Part shown: piece by piece, positions 57,878 through 64,000 of the stretch
Layout of the letters: every line of letters starts with the position of its first letter
How positions within the stretch are numbered: the first letter of the stretch is position 1
Virus record (IMG/VR): IMGVR_UViG_3300043219_000566
Span: 1 to 64,000 of that record
Strand: one strand, 5' to 3'
Length of the DNA stretch: 64,000 bases
Translations under genes and position numbers: made by a program
Notes under the pieces: model-generated
What the model was told of the DNA's origin: nothing
Databases searched by the model: none
The model's input: only the letters and a program-made list of their open reading frames with translations

Positions 57878-58201
57878 TTAGCTATCGAGCACTTGCACAG
57901 CGTGCTGCAACTCGTGCCCGGGTGCGCTCGTGAACACGGCGTTGTTGAAAGTTGCGTCGCGTTTGAGCAGGGGGTCAGCGAACGGGAAGTCATCGGGCGG
58001 CAATGCCGCAGGTTCTTCCAGAATCTGTAGCGGAAACGCAGCCGGTTGAGCAGTGTTGGGCCGAGTTACGAACTGGCGCGACTGGCATTGTGCTCGGCCG
58101 CCAGCCAAAGCCCGCTGGGCTTCGTCTCGGTCGGCAGCGTCGGCTACGTAGATCTCTTGGTACACCGCAGGAAGAGTTCGGATCATTTTGAAGCTAGGCA
58201 T
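57878..58201 (-). CDS. hypothetical protein
   Basis: GGAG RBS; MPSFKMIRTLPAVYQEIYVADA. Confidence 0.5.
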   Translation of the reverse strand: MPSFKMIRTLPAVYQEIYVADAADRDEAQRALAGGRAQCQSRQFVTRPNTAQPAAFPLQILEEPAALPPDDFPFADPLLKRDATFNNAVFTSAPGHELQHAVQVLDS

Positions 58202-58212
58202 GAGCTTCTCCG

Positions 58213-58803
58213 TTACGCAGTTAGCACAACGTAATTCGGCGTCAGAAAGCGCTTGTTAGCCCGCGCCAACACGGAGCGCATGAAGCTCCGGATCTCTGGC
58301 AAACGCTGCGCGAGGTCGCGGAGGATATTGAGATTCTCGTTTACCACCCAGCGGAACCGCGTCAGCATCTCAGCTAGCCCGTCGTCCGGAGACCGGTCGA
58401 CCAGAATGAGGTTGTCCTCCATCCAGTCGAGCGTGGCCCGGACGCGCACATAGAACATGACTGCGTCATGCGCGCATACGCTGCCGCGCCGCAGAGCTTC
58501 CAGGTAGATCTCCAGGCTGGGCGTCAAGAAGCACTTGAGCGCTAACCGGATCAGCTGGCCACGGTTCATCAAGGAGACTTGCGCATCTACCTGGTCGTAC
58601 AGGTAGCGGTTCACTCCGAACAAGCGCGCAGTTGCCAGCGTCTCGACGAAGTGCCAAAGCGGCTCCAACTCGGAAACGCGGAACTTGCGTCGGCCACGGT
58701 GAAACGCGCAAATCTCGCGATACGCGGTCACTAGACGCTCAGCGTAATGAATCGCAGGCGCAGGACCTCCGTCCCGAAACTGGTCGCATCGGATGTAACT
58801 CAT
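58213..58803 (-). CDS. hypothetical protein
   Basis: Helical ORF, probable start MSYIRC. Confidence 0.55.
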   Translation of the reverse strand: MSYIRCDQFRDGGPAPAIHYAERLVTAYREICAFHRGRRKFRVSELEPLWHFVETLATARLFGVNRYLYDQVDAQVSLMNRGQLIRLALKCFLTPSLEIYLEALRRGSVCAHDAVMFYVRVRATLDWMEDNLILVDRSPDDGLAEMLTRFRWVVNENLNILRDLAQRLPEIRSFMRSVLARANKRFLTPNYVVLTA

Positions 58804-58869
58804 ACAGAACTCTCGACTACACCTCGTTTGAGAGGTGTGCTGCAAAACGTCAGAGGGCGTAACGCGTCC

Positions 58870-59739
58870 CTAATAGCGCTCGTCTACCTGCTCTGGGTCG
58901 AGCTTAGCTGAGTCGACGGACACGTCTTGTTCGGCTCCTGGCGGCGGGGCAGTCGGTGCTTTGAACGGCGGCGCGGACGGCGGCAGCTCAGGGGGTGCGG
59001 ACGGCGGAACTGCTTCTTCCGCCGCCCGCGGCTCTGGAGAAACATTCGTGTTGTCCGCCGGGAGCGGTTCCTCGGTCGGCACGTTCTCTGGCGAAGAAAC
59101 CGGCAGACTCGTGGTCTCGACGGGGGCCTCCACGGGCTCTGCCGTCCGAGCGGTGGACACGTCAGCGCGCAGCACGGAGGAAGTCGCCCCTGTCCGAGCG
59201 ATGAACAAGCTGCCATGACGCTGCAGACTGAGTTGCGACATGTGCTGGGTCAGGATGTCTTCCAGCTGCGTAGCGGTGGCATCGCTGCACTGGTGAGCGA
59301 CGAAGATCGCGCCCTCGGACAGCAAAGGCACCAGCAAGTCGACGATAGCTTGAAGCCGATGCGTGGGATAGCGATCGGCGCGCAGAAGTCGGATCAGGTC
59401 GTACTGCTGACGAGTGATTGTGGCGTGCAACCCGGTCAGCATAATCCGGCGATGCTTGTGGCGGGGGCTAGGAACCACGACTCCGTCCGGGCAGCCCGCG
59501 GCCTTGAGTTCCTCGACGAAGATCTTCGTGAAGCGGTGCTTGGGCACGGCTACACGGCTGGCAGCGCGGTTGGAGTGGTTCAGCAACGTCAGCGCCGTCA
59601 AGTCTGCGCCAACGTCCAGGAAAACCGGATTGTCCAGTTCGCCCAGCAGCTCCTCGATCTGGTACAGCTCCTGCATCGGAACGAGATCCGGCTGAATGAC
59701 GGCCCAACGCTTGTACAGCGTAATTGCGTTTTGGTTCAT
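58870..59739 (-). CDS. methyltransferase-fold protein with Pro-rich tail
   Basis: VFLDVG, YDLIRL and LVPLLSEGAIFVAH follow the class I MTase strand order; the glycine loop is degenerate. Confidence 0.45.
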   Translation of the reverse strand: MNQNAITLYKRWAVIQPDLVPMQELYQIEELLGELDNPVFLDVGADLTALTLLNHSNRAASRVAVPKHRFTKIFVEELKAAGCPDGVVVPSPRHKHRRIMLTGLHATITRQQYDLIRLLRADRYPTHRLQAIVDLLVPLLSEGAIFVAHQCSDATATQLEDILTQHMSQLSLQRHGSLFIARTGATSSVLRADVSTARTAEPVEAPVETTSLPVSSPENVPTEEPLPADNTNVSPEPRAAEEAVPPSAPPELPPSAPPFKAPTAPPPGAEQDVSVDSAKLDPEQVDERY

Positions 59740-59832
59740 AACCGTGTTCTCCGTCGGAGTTAGGGCTGCATTGTGAACTTTTTCGCCGTGCGCTGCAAGT
59801 CGAGCCCTACGAATCGTAGCGCGCTACGCAGT

Positions 59833-60081
59833 TCAGCAACCGAGATCCCATATGCTGCGGGTGCCGTAACCGTGTTCGGTGCCCTCGGCTAAGTACACCA
59901 CGTTCTCTCGGGTAGCGTTAGTGCCACTGGGCTTGAAGTGCTCGTCCAAGTCGGTACAAGGCGCAATAATCTCGACGCCGTATTCGATCGGGTGACGTGC
60001 TTGAGACATGATGCGCAGCTTCGCATCAGGGTCTTGGTCCTGAAGAATTTCCAGTGCTTCCCTCACGGTCATGTCGGGCAT
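59833..60081 (-). CDS. small hypothetical phage protein
   Basis: CAGGAG RBS; MPDMTVREALEILQDQDPDA. Confidence 0.6.
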   Translation of the reverse strand: MPDMTVREALEILQDQDPDAKLRIMSQARHPIEYGVEIIAPCTDLDEHFKPSGTNATRENVVYLAEGTEHGYGTRSIWDLGC

Positions 60082-60116
60082 AGCTCGCTTCTCCTGTTCG
60101 AGTTTGGACAGTCGAT

Positions 60117-60353
60117 TCAGCCCGCCTGGTCCTCTTCGTTGAGCATTCCCATCTCTGTTCCATCCGTGCTGGGAACGCCCGAGAGTAGGCCGGGAGCGCG
60201 AGCTGGCCTGCCAGTGTGTTCCGTTCCACGTCTTGCGAGCGTTCGCACCGGGGCTGACTTGGCTCGGTTTCCGCACCGACACTTCCGACAGGTCAAGTTC
60301 TCGCTTGCCTCCATCGGAGCCATTGGTTCACTACATTCTACGCACTCGCTCAT
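60117..60353 (-). CDS. small zinc-ribbon protein
   Basis: CVEC...CRKC; CAGGAG RBS. Confidence 0.5.
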   Translation of the reverse strand: MSECVECSEPMAPMEASENLTCRKCRCGNRAKSAPVRTLARRGTEHTGRPARAPGLLSGVPSTDGTEMGMLNEEDQAG

Positions 60354-60485
60354 TACTGTTCTCCTGGTTATTCACGTAGTTCATAGCCTAACACGATCTT
60401 GCTTCATCGGCTGCTTAACAGTTTCAGGAACCACCGTTAGCTCTTTGGTTTGGCCCCGCTTTCTCTGGCGAGGACAACGGCGAAG

Positions 60486-60543
60486 CCCGCCGAAGGCGGG
60501 AGCGCCGGTAGACACTACTACCCTAAAGGGTAGTAGTAGCTAC
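60486..60543. promoter_or_regulatory. intergenic inverted-repeat cluster (possible origin or regulatory site)
   Basis: CCCGCC-GAA-GGCGGG (60486-60500) and a perfect ACTACTACCCT-AA-AGGGTAGTAGT (60514-60537) extended by GTAG/CTAC. Confidence 0.4.
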
Positions 60544-60625
60544 GGTCACAAACGTCTAACTCACGTAGGTTACGCTAGAAAACCGGCTGTAAGTGCTTGT
60601 CAGCGCGTGTGTTGTAACCGCGTGT

Positions 60626-61414
60626 TCACTTCATGACGTGAAAGCGGAACGCTCGGTTCCAGTCGACTACCCAGCGGCCGACGGTCCAATCGACGTCGAT
60701 CCAGCCGGGACAGTACCTCAGTGCGCCGAGCGCTTGAGCAGGAGGTAGGTGGAGCCGCTCCAACGAGTGAGGAGCAACCATATCGGGGTCGTCTCGCATC
60801 TGTCCCCGCAGATCCGGTACGCGGGGACCGATAACGCAGAACTGGTGAAAGTACCGCGCCACCTTGTTCTCGACCTCGACCCAGAGACGGCTGGCATGAA
60901 GCCCAGTCACGCCGGAGAGATGCGGCAGCAACCGCTTCCGCACGTAGGCGCACGGGTAGTGGCGGGTCTGTAATGCACGCACCTCGTCCAGCACAGCATC
61001 TTCGACGATCTCGATTTGCCAAGACAGCAGAATCAACTCGTCGGTATCAGCCCAGGCTTTGATCCGGGGCAACAGCCGCCGAATGTAGCGGTAGTAGCAG
61101 TAGGGGCAGAAACGATCTCCGCACGAGTAGCGTGCGTTCGGCCGGTTCAGCTTGACCCCGGCTACACGACAGTTGCGCATCTGATGGGCTCGCTGCTCCG
61201 ACAAGTGCTCGGATTTCTCAGCAGACGTGACGTACTGGTTCCACCGGTAACGAGCTGCGGCAAACTGCCCGGCTAGTTCCCGACGATCGCTCTGAACGGC
61301 TACAGCCTTCACCCAGCCGCGTGCTTTGTCGCTTCCCAGGGAGCCATAGACGAGCGAGTACGCGATAGAGTCGGCCCAGGACTGCTCCCAGACTTTCTGG
61401 ACCCTCGTTAGCAT
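60626..61414 (-). CDS. hypothetical protein with weak resemblance to HUH replication initiators
   Basis: MRNC...SCGDRFCPYC Cys cluster and FHQFCVIG; the canonical HUH motif is incomplete. Confidence 0.35.
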   Translation of the reverse strand: MLTRVQKVWEQSWADSIAYSLVYGSLGSDKARGWVKAVAVQSDRRELAGQFAAARYRWNQYVTSAEKSEHLSEQRAHQMRNCRVAGVKLNRPNARYSCGDRFCPYCYYRYIRRLLPRIKAWADTDELILLSWQIEIVEDAVLDEVRALQTRHYPCAYVRKRLLPHLSGVTGLHASRLWVEVENKVARYFHQFCVIGPRVPDLRGQMRDDPDMVAPHSLERLHLPPAQALGALRYCPGWIDVDWTVGRWVVDWNRAFRFHVMK

Positions 61415-61458
61415 CGGTCCTCCATGACGTGGCTTCTACCGTTTTGGGGCACAGGACG

Positions 61459-63732
61459 TCAACCGGACTTGCCGAACAGCAACTCCAACTGCTCGGGGCG
61501 CGAGCGCTCAGGGCGCGGACGACGGCGCACGGTTTCACGAGCAGCTAGGACGCCAAGTGTGCGCAGCGCATGGAGATAGCTCGCTACGGAGTAGAACCGC
61601 GAGTACTCGGCGCGATCTCCCGCTACTAATCTCAGCTCGTTGTTTTCGGCATGCCGGTCGAACTCGATCACCAGGCTCATCACCTGCGAGCGAATATGAC
61701 TGCTGCCAGACAACTCGATGCGCTTGTTGCGCGGGTAGCACCCACCGCATGACTCGGCGTAGCCGATGGAATCGTAGCTCATGCTGAAAGTACGGTCGAA
61801 CAGTAGCAGCATGGGGTATGAATCGTGCAGCAGATTGGCAATTGCCAGATGCACCTGCGGAGAAACAAAAGCCGTCCACGTCAAGTCGTCCCAGTCGCGC
61901 ACGACCGGAAGACTGACTAGCTGCGTCCACTGCCGATAGCTGACGACCACGAAGTCGCTGGAGATCTTCTGGGTGTCTTTCTGCAGCACGACACACTGCC
62001 GCGCGGATTTGGCCGCGTCCGAGAACTCGACGTTCGTCATTCGCGCCTCGGAAGTATCGACCGTTTTGGTATCCAGCGGGCGACAGGTCCGCCAAGGCGC
62101 GCGCAGGTTTTTCATCCACGGGAAAAGCGGAATCAGCTGCTCGACGTCGATGCTGCCGCGAGAAGAACCCACCTCGCGCAACACCTGGTACTGCCAGGGC
62201 TCGATACCCGTGCGCCGCTTGTCGATTGCGCATTGAACTTCATTTGCGAGCGCAGGGCCACGGCAACGGTCAGGGCGCGTGCCGCAATCGTAACGACCGT
62301 AGTGGAGAGGATCTCTGTTATTGCTGTAAAGGAAGCACGACGGGCAGAGCAGTCGGCGAAGCCGCCGGAGTCGCCCGCCCTGTTGCGCAGATAAACTCCG
62401 AGCTTCCCGCAGACTCTCGTTGTTTTCCACATCGTTGCTGAGGTTATTGGCCAGGTAGGGCTCGAAGTGCATCCGCAATATAGCAGTTCGCGGCTCGCCG
62501 TACGTTTGGCTCGGCAACAAAGCCTCCAACAACGGCTCGGCGCAAGTGAGCATTTTCGGAAACAGATCTGTCCCAGCGATGCAGTTGTACGTCATAAACT
62601 GACACTCGCCGATCGACCAGTTTATCCGCCGCGGGCAGCTCTGCATGCACACGTCTCGGTAAGTAAGTATTCGAGACTGGTGCGCAACAATGGTGCGGCG
62701 CGGATAGATCACATCGACTGCCTTAGCCTCGTGCGCACGAGCTGTACGTACTGCGCGACGCCACCAGTGCGCAGAACTGATTCGGCGGCCGTAGACGTAA
62801 TAAGCCCGGAAATCGGACTGGTTGTAACCACCCGGCTGGATGAGCAGCCGCGCCGCCGCGGCTAATATCGGCAACGGGTAGATGTGTACAGCTAGTTCGT
62901 TGGGATCTGCTCGCAAATCGTAGTGGGTGTGCTGATCCATGTTGCTGCGCGGCAGCACGAAAACCGCGGCGTTGACGAGCTTTTCCCAAGGAATCCGGTC
63001 TAACTCCTCCTTCTTGATGTAAGTTACGCCCAGTTCCCCGCGAGACAAGCCAGCTCCCAGCGCAGTGCGGAGCAGCGGAAAAATATCCTTTACCGGCTGG
63101 TGGTCTTCGATCTCGACGCACGTGTTTTTTAGATCTACGAGATCGTTCACAACCGGCAACGTTAGCGGGTTGCTGTTGGGTCCCCGAACACAAGTCGACA
63201 TGCTCCAGCTGCGCTTGTCCATACTAGCCAGAGGCAAGCACGTCCAAATAGGAAATCGGCTCATTCTAGGTACTCTTGTAAGGCTTGGTTCGTACCGATT
63301 TGGCGACAGCGCTCGAAGAAGCGCTGCGTATCGAGTCTGGTGAACTTCTTCTTGGTAGGCTCGACAATCACGCGCTTGAGCGCAGCATTCTGCGCACGGC
63401 GCTCGCGCGGTATCAGATTGCGCTTGCAGTACGCATAGAACTCGTCGGAGCTGGTAAGCCGCCAAGTATAGCGATTGTGCGGACCGGTGTAGTGCCTGGT
63501 CATCGAGTCGTCTTTGATCGTGTAGAACGTTGATAACCAGCGCCCCACGAAATTGAGCAGTTCCAAGTTGATCGCGAGGCGAACGCGCATACTCCACTTG
63601 CGGACCTGCGGAAAGACCTTGACAACTTCGGCTTCGGAGTCCATTTGCGCGCAGCCTCGCATCTCGCACAACTCGGCATACGTGATCATGTAGCCCCGAT
63701 GCGGATACTTGCTGCGCACAAGCCATACCCAC
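61459..63732 (-). CDS. large hypothetical protein (true start probably near 63264)
   Basis: Long ORF with Cys clusters (CPSC, CGGC); its N-terminal part overlaps the next gene. Confidence 0.55.
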   Translation of the reverse strand: MGMACAQQVSASGLHDHVCRVVRDARLRANGLRSRSCQGLSAGPQVEYARSPRDQLGTAQFRGALVINVLHDQRRLDDQALHRSAQSLYLAAYQLRRVLCVLQAQSDTARAPCAECCAQARDCRAYQEEVHQTRYAALLRALSPNRYEPSLTRVPRMSRFPIWTCLPLASMDKRSWSMSTCVRGPNSNPLTLPVVNDLVDLKNTCVEIEDHQPVKDIFPLLRTALGAGLSRGELGVTYIKKEELDRIPWEKLVNAAVFVLPRSNMDQHTHYDLRADPNELAVHIYPLPILAAAARLLIQPGGYNQSDFRAYYVYGRRISSAHWWRRAVRTARAHEAKAVDVIYPRRTIVAHQSRILTYRDVCMQSCPRRINWSIGECQFMTYNCIAGTDLFPKMLTCAEPLLEALLPSQTYGEPRTAILRMHFEPYLANNLSNDVENNESLREARSLSAQQGGRLRRLRRLLCPSCFLYSNNRDPLHYGRYDCGTRPDRCRGPALANEVQCAIDKRRTGIEPWQYQVLREVGSSRGSIDVEQLIPLFPWMKNLRAPWRTCRPLDTKTVDTSEARMTNVEFSDAAKSARQCVVLQKDTQKISSDFVVVSYRQWTQLVSLPVVRDWDDLTWTAFVSPQVHLAIANLLHDSYPMLLLFDRTFSMSYDSIGYAESCGGCYPRNKRIELSGSSHIRSQVMSLVIEFDRHAENNELRLVAGDRAEYSRFYSVASYLHALRTLGVLAARETVRRRPRPERSRPEQLELLFGKSG

Positions 63733-63989
63733 TGGTCTGAGTACTGTATGTCCGGGCTATAGCGCACCGTCTTCATCCACTTCTCTTTTCTGGTCTGCGC
63801 GTCGAGCGCCAGCAGCGGCCGGACGATGTAATCCGGGCACTTGGAGCGCGCATGTCCGCTGAACCAGCGCTCCAGATCGCAAGTGTCTACCTCTGTTTTG
63901 GACAATGCGAACACGTGTAATATCCAGGGGTCAGGCAATGCTACGGGAATATCGGTCTCGCTGAACGGCCCAGCGCAGCTCTCCGCCAC
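63261..63989 (-). CDS. hypothetical protein
   Basis: 242-aa ORF, co-oriented. Confidence 0.5.
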   Translation of the reverse strand: MAESCAGPFSETDIPVALPDPWILHVFALSKTEVDTCDLERWFSGHARSKCPDYIVRPLLALDAQTRKEKWMKTVRYSPDIQYSDQWVWLVRSKYPHRGYMITYAELCEMRGCAQMDSEAEVVKVFPQVRKWSMRVRLAINLELLNFVGRWLSTFYTIKDDSMTRHYTGPHNRYTWRLTSSDEFYAYCKRNLIPRERRAQNAALKRVIVEPTKKKFTRLDTQRFFERCRQIGTNQALQEYLE

Positions 63990-64000
63990 CCGCTTGCAGT

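Noticed and set aside
37051-60573. Shared short motifs between intergenic regions (ACGTAGGTTAC at 37051 and 60563; ACGTGAAWAACC near 27030 and 60370)
   Set aside because: 11-12-mer matches are expected by chance in 64 kb; motif discovery over all upstream regions would be needed to support a promoter motif.
439-63533. Long plus-strand ORFs (e.g. 10541-11845, 16222-17814, 34159-35448, 51651-52601)
   Set aside because: They are antisense shadows of well-supported minus-strand genes in GC-rich DNA and have no motifs or RBS.
1-64000. tRNA, rRNA, capsid, terminase or integrase genes; self-targets of the tigRNAs
   Set aside because: None was recognised by eye. Self-targeting could not be tested without computation and remains open.

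Overview
A 64-kb, GC-rich segment of a large dsDNA phage genome (inference). Essentially every credible gene is on the minus strand, and no capsid, terminase or tail genes were recognised in this window. It contains: (i) a replication/recombination module at about 33-55 kb, with a UDG-fused family A DNA polymerase, primase, DnaB-like helicase, SF2 helicase, RecA-like recombinase, putative SSB, SbcC/SbcD, and HAD- and Nudix-like enzymes; (ii) a very large TIGR-Tas-type RNA-guided locus at 8943-14300, where about 114 36-nt dual-repeat/dual-spacer units are split in two by a nuclease-less Nop-domain (TasA-like) gene flanked by an inverted repeat overlapping its RBS; (iii) a chain of about 16 small SH3-barrel-like paralogues at 27.2-32.1 kb, in which 12 junctions use one conserved 18-bp motif (CAGGAGATCGTCGATGCC) as the C-terminal QEIVDA codons of one gene and the RBS plus ATG of the next; (iv) a cluster of signal-peptide proteins with cohesin- and dockerin-like modules and a clan GH-A glycosidase, suggesting a Planctomycetota-like host; (v) a second, very divergent Nop/IS110-like protein inside the replication operon; and (vi) an AcrVA2-like gene followed by an unlisted 56-aa hyper-acidic ORF. 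All family calls come from motif recognition by eye; no database search was run.
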